Shown piece by piece: positions 26,473 to 36,600 of a DNA stretch of 42,597 bases (position 1 is the stretch's first letter; every line of letters starts with the position of its first letter). The notes under the pieces were generated by a model, which did not search any database, had not been told where the DNA came from, and saw nothing but the letters and a program-made list of their open reading frames with translations. The translations under genes were made by a program, and so were the position numbers. The stretch is from a virus (taxonomy: Duplodnaviria > Caudoviricetes), in IMG/VR virus record IMGVR_UViG_3300024996_000139, positions 1-42,597 of that record. The stretch is one strand, 5' to 3'.

Positions 26473-26799
26473 ATGAAGAACTATGTTTCTCCTGGCCGCA
26501 CGCTTGTCGTGCCGGCCGTTGCCGCCGCGGTGGCGTCGGGTGATTTCGTGCTGCAGGGTACGGCCTTCGGCGTCGCCAGCCACGACGCGGCGATCGGCGA
26601 AGATCTCGTGCTCGACTGCGAGGGCGTCTACACGCTGCCGAAAGCGACCGGAGCCATTACGCTCGGTGCACTCGTCTATTGGGATGCCACGGCCGAGAAT
26701 GTGACGACGACGTCGACGAGCAACACGTTGATCGGCAAGGCCTGGTCGGCGCAGGCTTCCGGCGATGGCACGGTCGATGTGCGGTTGTCGCAGGCCTGA
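26473..26799 (+). CDS. DUF2190 family capsid decoration/cement protein
   Basis: MKNYVSPG...GVYTLPKA...VYWD; AAGGA RBS. Confidence 0.9.
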   Translation: MKNYVSPGRTLVVPAVAAAVASGDFVLQGTAFGVASHDAAIGEDLVLDCEGVYTLPKATGAITLGALVYWDATAENVTTTSTSNTLIGKAWSAQASGDGTVDVRLSQA

Positions 26800-27116
26800 T
26801 GTTCGACCCCAACGACGCGCTCGGACCCATCTATGATGCGTTCGGGTGCGTCGCCTCCTATCTGCCTTCCGGCGCGGATGACGACGGTCTCTCTTGTGTC
26901 ATCCTGCGCAATGGAGCGGATGATACCGCACAGCTCGGCGGCCTGACGGTCATCGCCGGCCAGATGCGCATCGAGGTGCGGGCCAGCGAGGTCGCGTTGC
27001 CGGCACGCGGCGGGGTCTTCGTCGCGGGGGCGGTGCGCTACCGCATTGTCTCAGCGCCGCGCCGCGACGATCCGGACCGCCTCGTCTGGACATGCCTTTG
27101 CGAGGAGCTGCAATGA
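26799..27116 (+). CDS. Head-tail joining (FII-like) protein
   Basis: EVRASEV..P.RG...DPDRLVW; synteny. Confidence 0.75.
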   Translation: MFDPNDALGPIYDAFGCVASYLPSGADDDGLSCVILRNGADDTAQLGGLTVIAGQMRIEVRASEVALPARGGVFVAGAVRYRIVSAPRRDDPDRLVWTCLCEELQ

Positions 27117-27775
27117 CGGATCTGCGCATCGTCGTGCGGCCTGACTGGCATCCGCGCGATTATGTCGAGAGCGAGCGCCGCCGTATTGCTGCCGGCCTGC
27201 GCCGCGCTGCCGAGACCGAGACACAGGCGACGAAACAGGATCTGCGCGACCAGGTCGTGAAGGCCGGCCTCGGCCGCCGCCTGTCGCTGACCTGGCGCGG
27301 CGCGACCTATCCCGCCGATGCGGGCCGGGCCACGTTGCATCCCGCAGTGTTCGTGTATTCGGTCGCGCCGGCGATCATCAATGCGTTTGACGACGGCGCG
27401 ACGATCGTCCCGACCGATGGCAAGCGCTGGCTGTGGATCCCGACCGAGAATGTTCCGCTTGGCCAGGGTAACAAGCCGTTTTCGCCGCAACGCATGCTGG
27501 AGATGGTCGGCAAGTTCCGCTTCGCGAAGGGGCGTCGCGGCAGTGTGGTTGCCTATGCGCAGGTTGAGCGCACCAGCAAGCGCAGCGGCCGTCGTGGTCA
27601 CCGGTTGAAACGCTATGCGCGGCCGCAGGCCGGCGAGGCCGGCGAGTCGGTGGCGTTCTTTATCCTTGTCCGGCAGGTCAGCCTGAAAAAGCGTCTCGAC
27701 ATCGCGGCGATCGGGCGGGCGGCCGAGGTGCGTTATGCCGCCCGGGTGCGGGCCGTCATCGGGAGTAACGCATGA
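27113..27775 (+). CDS. Neck/tail completion protein (DUF6441-like)
   Basis: RDQVVKAGLGRRL, WLWIPT, FILVRQVSLKKRLD. Confidence 0.75.
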   Translation: MTDLRIVVRPDWHPRDYVESERRRIAAGLRRAAETETQATKQDLRDQVVKAGLGRRLSLTWRGATYPADAGRATLHPAVFVYSVAPAIINAFDDGATIVPTDGKRWLWIPTENVPLGQGNKPFSPQRMLEMVGKFRFAKGRRGSVVAYAQVERTSKRSGRRGHRLKRYARPQAGEAGESVAFFILVRQVSLKKRLDIAAIGRAAEVRYAARVRAVIGSNA

Positions 27776-28227
27776 CGAGAACCGAAACTGCGTTGCGCGC
27801 GCTGAAGGCTGCGCTGACATCACAGAGCGTGCTTGGCGCGATCCGCCGCAACGTCGCGCTCGATGAGCTGCTGGAGGATGTTGGCGCTGCGGCCGGTCTG
27901 TCGACTGGTCTGTTGCTCGAGGATGGCGACGCCATCATCGTCAATGAGACCCTTGGCAACCAGGATGACGTGTTCGAGATCCAGCATACCGCGCGCATCG
28001 GCTGGGTCGTTGCCGGCAATGATGAGGATGATCGCGAGACCCGATTCGATGACGGGCTTGCTGCCATTGCCGCGGCGCTGGCGGGCGATCAGACGCTGGG
28101 CGGAACCGTTTCCAGCGCGCGCATTGCCGCGCCGCCGGAGCGCTCGACCGAGATCGCCGGGGCTCGCACGGCGAAGCTGGCGGTTGTCGGCGTCGAGATG
28201 ACTTTCACGGCGCCGACGCCGTTCTAA
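27772..28227 (+). CDS. Putative tail terminator
   Basis: LLLEDGD...D.TLGG.V pattern; upstream of the tail tube gene. Confidence 0.7.
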   Translation: MTRTETALRALKAALTSQSVLGAIRRNVALDELLEDVGAAAGLSTGLLLEDGDAIIVNETLGNQDDVFEIQHTARIGWVVAGNDEDDRETRFDDGLAAIAAALAGDQTLGGTVSSARIAAPPERSTEIAGARTAKLAVVGVEMTFTAPTPF

Positions 28228-28242
28228 CCGGAAGGAAAACCC

Positions 28243-28461
28243 ATGGCTGACAAGCCCGAAACGGCCGGCACTGCGCCGGCCGCGCCCGATCCTGCGTCCA
28301 TGCGTACCGCCGCCGTTGTCATCCGTGACGATGCACCGGGCGGCTATCGCCGAGGCGAAATCGTCGACGGCGATGCCGCCAGAGATCTCATCAAATCCGG
28401 CGTGGGCCGGAAAGCCGGGCCGGCCGATCTCGCGATCGCCGGCACATTCAGGAGGGTGTGA
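28243..28461 (+). CDS. Small hypothetical virion-module protein
   Basis: AAGGA RBS; stop overlaps the tail tube start. Confidence 0.65.
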   Translation: MADKPETAGTAPAAPDPASMRTAAVVIRDDAPGGYRRGEIVDGDAARDLIKSGVGRKAGPADLAIAGTFRRV

Positions 28462-29423
28462 TGCCGACAACCGTTTTGCCGCAGGGGCGCCTGTCCAGCA
28501 TGATCGCGGGCAAGGAAGCGACGTTCGGCGTGGCGCCCAGTACGTTCTTCGGGCTCAATTTCTACACCGAGTCGCTCACCCAGAAGACGCCGCAGGAAGA
28601 CGATCCCCTGCTCGGGTCCGGCCTGGCCAACAGCCGCGATCGCACCGCGCCGGCGCCAGGTCTGTCCGATCACGGCGGCGATATCGAGGTACCGCTCGAT
28701 TATGCGCAGATCGGCTATTGGCTGGCTCTGGTCATGGGTGCGCCGACCACGACAGGAACGACGGACTTTTCGCACGTCTTTACCTCTGGCGGCCTGGCTC
28801 TGCCGACCTGGGCGATGGAGGTCACAAAGAAATCGGGCGATGTCCGCAAGCATGCGGGGTGCGCGGCGAAATCCTTGCGCATCAACACCCAGAAGAAAGC
28901 CGGCTATCATCGTGCCACCGTGTCGATCGTCGGCAAATCCGAAACGCTCGCGGCCGCTGTCACGCCCGGCTCACAACCGGTGCCGCCGACACTTGAGCAG
29001 ATCCCGGGAACCAAGGGGATCATCCGCGTCAACAACGTGATCGCCGGCAATATCCTCGAGAGCGACCTGACTTACTCGACCGGCGTTTCCATGGAACGCT
29101 ACATCGACGATCTCGACGCGCCCGGCGGCGCTGTCCTGCTCGATCAGGCAACGCTCGATGGCTCCTTGCGCCTGCGTTACCAGAGCAGCACCATCGAGAC
29201 CTTCGGCCGCAACTTCACGTCGGTCCCGGTTGAGCTCGAGTTCACGCTTTCGGCCACGCGGTCACTGCTTTTGAGCATGGCGAATGTGCGGTTCGATGCT
29301 GCCGGGCCCGAGCTGAAGGGGCCGGGGGGCATCGAGCAGACGCTTGCCTTCAAGGCGCATCAGGCCGGGGAGGATGCGATGCTTGTCGCTACCCTGGCGA
29401 ACGGGGTGACGAGCTATGCTTAA
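28461..29423 (+). CDS. Major tail tube protein
   Basis: EATFGVAP, GDIEVPLD, GYWL, HVFTSG..ALPTW, GPGGIE; no sheath gene nearby. Confidence 0.85.
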   Translation: MPTTVLPQGRLSSMIAGKEATFGVAPSTFFGLNFYTESLTQKTPQEDDPLLGSGLANSRDRTAPAPGLSDHGGDIEVPLDYAQIGYWLALVMGAPTTTGTTDFSHVFTSGGLALPTWAMEVTKKSGDVRKHAGCAAKSLRINTQKKAGYHRATVSIVGKSETLAAAVTPGSQPVPPTLEQIPGTKGIIRVNNVIAGNILESDLTYSTGVSMERYIDDLDAPGGAVLLDQATLDGSLRLRYQSSTIETFGRNFTSVPVELEFTLSATRSLLLSMANVRFDAAGPELKGPGGIEQTLAFKAHQAGEDAMLVATLANGVTSYA

Positions 29424-29961
29424 GGTCGGAATGGTCCCTAGTATGCGGGAGGTGCCGCTCGGCTCCTCGGCCAGTGTCACGATGCGGCCGGCGCTTTACC
29501 CTGATCTGGCGTCGGCCGAGATCGAAAGCCGGCGCATTGTCGGCGTGTTGCAGGACGGGGCGAGTTTCGGGGAGATCTACGGTTTCGCAGTGCCGACCGG
29601 TATCGCCGGCATGGCCGTCAACGGGCTCCAGCATCTCCTGACTACCGTCGAGCTCGGCATGATCTGCATCGAGTCGATCGCAGGCGTCGAGGATGTCGAT
29701 GGCAGCCGGCCTGATCGGCCGACACGGGCGGTGCTGGCGAGGATGCTCCTCGATATCGGCATCGCGTCTCGGATTCGTGGCGTGCTCTTCGAGCGCATCC
29801 ACGCGGAGCAAGATGAGGGAAACGGATCTACGAGCTCGTCAAATGGCGCGCAGCCGGCGGGCTCGGGTACTGCGAAAGCTGCGCGCAGGAGGGGCTCCCG
29901 TGCGCCAGCGGCGGGCGCGGGTCCGACGGCGGGCGCTGTCCCGAAATCGAGCATCAATTAG
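29416..29961 (+). CDS. Tail assembly chaperone (gpG-like)
   Basis: Between tube and tape measure genes; in-frame slippery G GGA AAC at 29817-29823. Confidence 0.8.
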   Translation: MLKVGMVPSMREVPLGSSASVTMRPALYPDLASAEIESRRIVGVLQDGASFGEIYGFAVPTGIAGMAVNGLQHLLTTVELGMICIESIAGVEDVDGSRPDRPTRAVLARMLLDIGIASRIRGVLFERIHAEQDEGNGSTSSSNGAQPAGSGTAKAARRRGSRAPAAGAGPTAGAVPKSSIN

Positions 29962-30164
29962 CGACGTCGGAGGGTGAGCTCGTGGCGCGCCAGGTGCTGC
30001 GCGTCGCCTGTCAAATTCGGGTCGGGATCGAAGCCCGGCTCGCCGGCGTCGACCATGGTGCGCTGCTGATGGCGGCACCGACCGGACTGGATCACGATCT
30101 GGTGCGGCGTCTGATCCAGCCGGCGGAAGCTGGTCTCCTCGAAATCCTGCGGAAGGAAGATTGA
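29817..30164 (+). CDS. -1 frameshift extension of the tail chaperone (gpGT-like)
   Basis: The -1 frame is open from the slippery site to TGA 30164: GKRIYELVKW...YCESC...C...CPEIEH...ILRKED. Confidence 0.8.
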   Translation, partial: GKRIYELVKWRAAGGLGYCESCAQEGLPCASGGRGSDGGRCPEIEHQLATSEGELVARQVLRVACQIRVGIEARLAGVDHGALLMAAPTGLDHDLVRRLIQPAEAGLLEILRKED

Positions 30165-30165
30165 T

Positions 30166-32319
30166 ATGGCGCAGCAAAGCGCTTCGATCCGGCTTGGCAT
30201 CGAGGGCGATGCCGAAGTTCTCGCCAAGCTCGCCGCCATCGGCAAAGGCGGCGAGACGGCGATGAGCGAGACCGTCAAGGCGGTCACCGCGGCAAACGCT
30301 TCGCTGCAGCAGCTCGGCCGATCGGTTGCGGATGCCGCCACGGCGAGCGACCGCGCCACGCAGCAGATCGGCCGCAACATGGATTCGCTCAATGCGAAGA
30401 GCCAGGTGACGGCGCGTGGCACGGCGACCGCGATCACGCAAACCGTCGAGCTTGCGACCAGCCGCATTACCGCGCTGATTGGGCGGGCGCAGTCGGCCTA
30501 TCAGACATTCCAGAATCTCCGGGACAGGATGATTTCCGGTGTCGCCGGCTTGCAGATGAATTTTGCGAGCGGCCAGCAAAGCACGCTCGACAACATCATT
30601 GCCAACGCATCCATGGCGCGGCTGGCCGGCGGGCCAGTGGGCATGGGGACTGTGATTGCCGGGTTCGCGTATCAGCAGACGAGCCAATATGCGGCGCTCG
30701 GCGATGCCGCCCAGAAAGCTAAAGTAACAGCGCAGGAGATGGAGGGCCTGCGCGTCGTGCTTGGCCGGCTCGGGCTTGATGCGAGCGGAACCGACAAGCT
30801 TTTCGCCGATTTTGCCGCGCGTCTGGATGAAGCCCGCCAGCGCGGCGGTGGCGTGCGCGAGGCGCTTGAGGCCGCCGGCGCCGTGCTGCGGACGCAGGAC
30901 GGGCAGGTGCGCTCGAATGTCAGCGTTATGCAGGATCTGATCCGCGCGTATCAGGCGGCGGAGTCGGAGACGGACAGGGCCCGCATCGCCGCCCAGGCAT
31001 TCGGCGAGCAGGCCGATATCATGCGCGGCATTGTCGATAAGTCCGGGACCTCGCTGACAAACCTTGGCACAGCGGCTGCGCAGGCAGGATCGGTTCTGGC
31101 CAACGATCTCGCGAAAGGTGCGCAGGCAGCGATGGGGGTGCTGCGGGAACTCGGCAGCCAAGCTGACGGAACTTATGCACAAATCAGGCGTGCGCTTGGC
31201 GCTGTGGATAACCTGACCCAGCTCAAGGCGGCCGAACAGGATGTGCACGATCGACAGGCCGACCTCAATCGGGCAAGGCGTCGTGATATCCCGGTTATCT
31301 GGAACCCGCTCAGACCCGGAGATCAACGGACCGACCCGGCAGATGCGCAAAAGGCGCTCGAAGCCGCGCAGAAGCGCCTTGCCATACTAAGAGGCCCAAT
31401 GCCACCGGTCGGCAACGATGACTTCAGCCGCCGCGCCGATGCGTTTCTGCGCGGCCCGACATTGAAGAACGAGCCATATGGCCCGCCCGCGCCCGATAAG
31501 GGCGAGGATGCTGGCGGCCGTGGCGGCGGTCGCGCGGCGGCGACCAAGGCCGAGACTGACGCCTTCCAGCGCGAAATGGAGACGCTGGAGAAGCTGAATT
31601 CCGTCCTCGGCATGTCCGAGGAGGCGAAGGCGGTCTACGAAGCGCAGCAGCGTGCCGGCGTCGATGCCAACAGCGCGCAGGGTGATGCCATCCAGGATCT
31701 GATCCAGGACATCTATGCCCAGAAGGCGGCCCTGCAGGAATTGAAGGATGCGCAGGCCGAAACCAACCGCGAGGCCCAGCAATTCGGCCAGATCGGCTCA
31801 CAGGCCTTCGCCTCGGTCGTGTTCCAGGGTGGCAAGGTCGGCGATGTGCTGACGCGCATTGTGCAGCAGCTCGCGACAAAGCAGCTGCAGCTCCTGCTCA
31901 CCAACGCCTTTTCGGGTACCGGCGGTGGTGGGATCTTCAGTACGATCGCCAGCTGGTTCAGTGGTGGCGCGGCGGGTCAGCCGCTGAATATCCTGCCGCA
32001 TTATGCCGATGGCGGTATCGCGACGCGCCCGTCGCTGGCCGGCGAGGGCGGTTGGCCGGAGGCCGTCATCCCGCTCAAGGGTGGCGGAGTGCCCGTGACG
32101 CTTTCGGGGCCAGCCGCCGCGACGCAGGTGGTGCAGCCGATCGTCAACATCAATAACGAGGTTCCTGACGCGCATGTGAGCGCCCGGACCAACCGTGATG
32201 GGTCGATCGACATCAGCGTGATCACCAAGACGCAGGAGGACGCTTTCGCGCAGCGCATTGGCCGTGAACAGGGGGCTCTCGGCCGCATGTTCAAGCGGGC
32301 GGCTCCGAAAATTGGCTGA
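30166..32319 (+). CDS. Tape measure protein
   Basis: 717 aa Ala/Gln-rich helical protein; C-terminal YADGG...AGEGG.PEAVIPL. Confidence 0.92.
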   Translation: MAQQSASIRLGIEGDAEVLAKLAAIGKGGETAMSETVKAVTAANASLQQLGRSVADAATASDRATQQIGRNMDSLNAKSQVTARGTATAITQTVELATSRITALIGRAQSAYQTFQNLRDRMISGVAGLQMNFASGQQSTLDNIIANASMARLAGGPVGMGTVIAGFAYQQTSQYAALGDAAQKAKVTAQEMEGLRVVLGRLGLDASGTDKLFADFAARLDEARQRGGGVREALEAAGAVLRTQDGQVRSNVSVMQDLIRAYQAAESETDRARIAAQAFGEQADIMRGIVDKSGTSLTNLGTAAAQAGSVLANDLAKGAQAAMGVLRELGSQADGTYAQIRRALGAVDNLTQLKAAEQDVHDRQADLNRARRRDIPVIWNPLRPGDQRTDPADAQKALEAAQKRLAILRGPMPPVGNDDFSRRADAFLRGPTLKNEPYGPPAPDKGEDAGGRGGGRAAATKAETDAFQREMETLEKLNSVLGMSEEAKAVYEAQQRAGVDANSAQGDAIQDLIQDIYAQKAALQELKDAQAETNREAQQFGQIGSQAFASVVFQGGKVGDVLTRIVQQLATKQLQLLLTNAFSGTGGGGIFSTIASWFSGGAAGQPLNILPHYADGGIATRPSLAGEGGWPEAVIPLKGGGVPVTLSGPAAATQVVQPIVNINNEVPDAHVSARTNRDGSIDISVITKTQEDAFAQRIGREQGALGRMFKRAAPKIG

Positions 32320-32683
32320 TCTCCCTGTCTGGCCGAGTGATGTGCCATACCGGCCGCGTGCGGCGGGCTTTGCGCGTGCGCCCGATGAGCCGGCACCCAA
32401 GGTGACGACTTTCGAGGGCGGCAATCGCGCGTCCCGGCCGGTTAGTCTGACGCGATGGACGCCGCTCGCCATGGTGATCCCGATGAGCGCGGCCGAGGCG
32501 GCTTCCCTGATCGCCTGGCGCGACAGCACGCTGCCGAACCCGGCGGCCCGCTTCACCATGCCGATCTACCGGACCGGCGAAGGTTATGTCGATCGGGAAA
32601 CCATGATCCCGGACGGCATGACGGTGCAGGCGGACGGTCGGCGCTGGATCGCCTCGGCGCGCTTTATCGTCAAGAACCTGTGA
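32312..32683 (+). CDS. Distal tail (Dit/gpM-like) protein
   Basis: TTG start overlapping the TMP stop; LPVWP...FTMPI; synteny. Confidence 0.7.
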   Translation: MADLPVWPSDVPYRPRAAGFARAPDEPAPKVTTFEGGNRASRPVSLTRWTPLAMVIPMSAAEAASLIAWRDSTLPNPAARFTMPIYRTGEGYVDRETMIPDGMTVQADGRRWIASARFIVKNL

Positions 32684-32690
32684 GGCCGCC

Positions 32691-33212
32691 ATGTCGGATC
32701 TGAGTGACGAGCTCGAGGAGGCCCTGGCCTCGGGCGATGAGGGTGCCGTTGATCTGATCGTCGTCGAGATCGATCATGACACGTTCGCGGATCCGATCCT
32801 CGTCGTCACCGGCGACGATGACGATCAGATGCTTCCGGTCGCGGATGGTGGCGACCCGAAGCTGCACAAGGCGGTCGCCTTCGAGTATGTCCCGCCCGGC
32901 TTCGACGAGGACGGTCCGACCGATGGCAAGCTGCGCATCGACAATGTGTCGGGCGAGCTCAACGAGCATCTGCAACAGGCGACCGGCTCGAATTCGTCGT
33001 TGCGCATCACCATCCGGCGGTTTCACATTACGCCGGAGCAGTCCGGCCCGATCACCACGATCGACGAAGAGGTGCGCGGCCTGATCATCCGCAGCGTCAC
33101 ACTGACGGCGACCATGGCCGAGGGCACGCTGACCTATCCGGACGTGCGTGAGGAGAATTTCCCGAAGGCGATTTATACGCCGGAGGAATATCCCGGCCTG
33201 GTCGGCATGTGA
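32691..33212 (+). CDS. DUF1833-like tail tip protein
   Basis: VEIDH..F.DPI.VV, LRIDNVS, FP...YTP..YPGL. Confidence 0.85.
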   Translation: MSDLSDELEEALASGDEGAVDLIVVEIDHDTFADPILVVTGDDDDQMLPVADGGDPKLHKAVAFEYVPPGFDEDGPTDGKLRIDNVSGELNEHLQQATGSNSSLRITIRRFHITPEQSGPITTIDEEVRGLIIRSVTLTATMAEGTLTYPDVREENFPKAIYTPEEYPGLVGM

Positions 33213-33610
33213 TGACGGACCGCATCGCCTTCATCAATTGCCGGATCGGTCAGCAGTGGTCTCCGAAGCACCATTGCTGGGCGCTGGTGCGCGAAACGCA
33301 GGCGGCCCTGTTCGGTCGCGTTCTGCCGGAAATGCCGGTTGGTGTCGCGACCAGCGGCCTGCACGCCATGGCGGAAATCTTCGCGAGCCATGACGAGCGC
33401 CGCAACTGGCGCGAGGTGACGGCGCCGCTCGATGGCGCCATCGCGCTGATCGCCCGCAAGTCGGCCGACATCCATTGCGGCACCTATCTCGATCGCGATC
33501 TGCCTGAGCCCGGGCTGTTGCATTGTGACGAGGCGCAGGGCGTGCGCTTCGATCCGCTCATCATTGTCGGCCTGTCCTGGGGTCGCATCCGGTATTTCGT
33601 CCCGGCGTAG
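33212..33610 (+). CDS. NlpC/P60-like tail tip protein
   Basis: CWALVR, HCGTYL, LLHC Cys-His-His pattern. Confidence 0.85.
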   Translation: MTDRIAFINCRIGQQWSPKHHCWALVRETQAALFGRVLPEMPVGVATSGLHAMAEIFASHDERRNWREVTAPLDGAIALIARKSADIHCGTYLDRDLPEPGLLHCDEAQGVRFDPLIIVGLSWGRIRYFVPA

Positions 33611-33616
33611 GTCATC

Positions 33617-36600
33617 ATGGCGCAAGTCCTCCATCTCACCCCGCTCGGCAAGCCTGTCGGAGCGCCGATCCTGCTCGACCGCCGGCGCCGCCGGCTGTCG
33701 ACCGTGATGGCGCGCCATAATCAAGCCGGCCGGCGCGTCATTGCCTTCAAGGTGCCGAACGGCAAAGCGCTCGATATGGAGCGCCACCTGGTCAGGCGCC
33801 GGCGCTGGAAGGATGTGCTGGTCGGGCCGGAAGACATGATCCTGATTCTGCCGGTGATCGCCGGCGGAGGCGGCGGGCGCGGCGGTGCCGGCAAGGGGCT
33901 GTCGATCGCGCTTGCCGTGGCCTCGATCGCGTTACTGGCGCTTGGGCAGTTCTGGGCGGCCGGGCAGTGGATCGCAACCACATTCGATATCGGCCTCAAG
34001 GCAGGCAATGCCATCTGGGCCGGTGTTTCGGCCGGCCTGCTGCTGGGCGCCTCGGTGCTCGCGCAGAGCATGATGCAGAGCAAGGCCAACACGCCGAAAC
34101 AGCTCTATGGCGTATCCGGAGGCGGCAATGTCGCGCGGCTATGGGAGCGGATCCCGGTCACCTACGGGCGCACCTGGGTCAAGCCCGACCTGACACAGGT
34201 CGACTATTATTTCTACGACGGCGATGACGTCGTGCTGGTCAAGCGGCTCTCGGTCGGGCTTGGCAAGTATAACCTCAAGACGATCCGCGTCGGGGATTCG
34301 GTATTCTGGACCGCCGCCGATGGCATCAAGCCGCCGTTCGATTTCAACCTCGACGATGAAAAAGGGGCAAAGGTCGAGGTGCTTTACGGCACCGCCTCGA
34401 CGATTCTTCCAGGCAATGTCTATTCCTCGCCTTCCGTCGCCGGCATCCAGGTTGCCCGCGTCATCGACAATCCGGCGCGCTCGGGACCGTTTCCGGTCTG
34501 CCAGCCTGGAGACAAGGTCGAGCGGATCCAGATCGACATGTCGTGGCCGAACGGCGTGTTCACGCGCGCGACGAAATCCGGCAACCTCAATGCCGCAACG
34601 GTCAACGTGTACTGGGAATATCGCGAGATTGACGATCTCGGCGAGCCGGTGGGCGATGGGTTGTGGTCGGAGCTGCATCGTGTTTACGGCGCCTGGAAGA
34701 GCCAGGACCCGATCAGGCGGACCGAGATCAAATCGGTTCCGCTCGCCCGCTATGAGGTGCAGGCCTATTCGGTCGACAACCATCAGGAAAACGTGTCGAA
34801 CGACGTTTACTGGGACGGGCTGCGCGGGCTGTTCAACGATACCGTTGCCCGCGAAGGCCGCACCGAAGTGGTCATGCGCGTGCGCTCGAGCAAGAGCCTC
34901 AGCATCACCTCGTTTTCCAATGCCGAGATGGAAGTGGCTCGCGTTCTCGACGTCTGGGATGGTTCGGCGTGGAGCGAGCAGGAAACGAGCCTCGCCAAAT
35001 GGGCGGCGGTCGACATCCTGCGCTCGTCATACGGCAGTTCGGTGCCCGATGCCGAAGTCGATCTGCCGCGGTTCCTGGCCTTGTCCCTTACCCAGGACAA
35101 TGAGTTCAACGCGACGATCAACGGTCCGGTGAGCGTCTGGGAGGCGCTCGGGACGGCTCTGGCGCCGATCCGCGCTGACGTGATCAAGATCGGCAATCTT
35201 TATTCCTTCGTGCGCGACGAGCCGAAGGTGATGCGCCAGCACGCGATCACGCGCCGCAATATCGTGCGGGATTCCTCGAGCATCACCTTCGATCTCGGCA
35301 CGGACCGTTCGGCCGGCGATGTCGTCATGGAGATCTACCGCGGCGGCGACCCGAAGGACCCTGTGCCGATCCGCTCCACCATCGGCTCGCAAAGCCGGAC
35401 GCCGAAGCGCATGCAGCCGATCGGCATTACCGATCCCTATCACGGGCAGCGCTTTGCCGACTATCATGCGGCGGTTTCCGCGTTTCGCCAGGAGACGCGG
35501 GACGTGGTCGTCGGGCGAGACGGCACGCTTTATCGCCCGGGCGACCTGGCCGCCGTCGACACATGGTTTTATTCGGCGCGCCAGGCGACGCAGGTCGATG
35601 CCCGTAGCAACCGGACCTTGACACTCGACGGTACTCCGGATGCCGCCGCCTATCCCTATTGCGTGTTGCGCGATCGCAAGGGGCGGGCGTTCGGGCCGAT
35701 GCGCTATACGATCGGGGCGCTCCCGAAAATCGTCACGCTCGACGCCGACGATCTTGCCGCTGCCCAGACCAATGCCGGCATGATGCTTGCGGACGTGATG
35801 GCTAAACCGCGTCAGAACAGGACGATCGCGCAATTCGGCACCTTGGCGGAACTGCAGCGAAATTATCTGGTCAAGTCGGCGGTGCCGGCCAATGCCGAGA
35901 CGGTTCGCGTGTCACTGGTTTATGACGACCCGCGCGTCTGGGCCTATATCGGGGCCAATATGCCGGTGTTTGTGCCGCCGAGCGCGCGCGACCCGGATTA
36001 TCCGGTCGTTCTGGGCATTTCGGCCTGGGTCAACCGGAATGACACGCGGCTGACGTTGCACTGGTCGGCACGGCTTGCCGCCGACGCGGCACTGACCGAG
36101 GTGCAGCTATCCTATGACGAGGGGCTGACCTGGCCGAATATCTACACCGGGCCGGCGACGAATGGCACGGCGCCGATCGGTTATAACGAGAATGGCCCGT
36201 GCTGGATCCGGGCGCGAGGCATCGGCCCCAACGGCACGCCGGGCGACTGGACCATGCCATCGGTGTTCACGACGCCGGCACCGAGCGTCAACGGCGGCTA
36301 TCTGATCGAAGAGTCTGTCCTCAATCAGGCGATCGAGGCGGCGGCTCAGGTCACGGCCCTCCGCTCTCAAATGGAGGCCATGGCGGCGCAAATACGGTTG
36401 CTGGCGCTGCAATCGTCAAACGACCAGGCGGTGACCTCCAACGATCTGCGAGAGGTCCGCGTCGAGCGCGATGCCGGTGATACACGGGTCACGGCAGCGT
36501 TTACGGAGGTCATTACAGCCACGGTGACGGGCTCAGGTGGCTTGGCCGAGCGCACGGCCACGCTTGAGGCCACTGTGGACACGCCGGTCACCGGCCTGTC

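Noticed and set aside
29839-31350. 503-aa minus-strand ORF opposite the tape measure gene
   Set aside because: Antisense shadow of a clearly real gene
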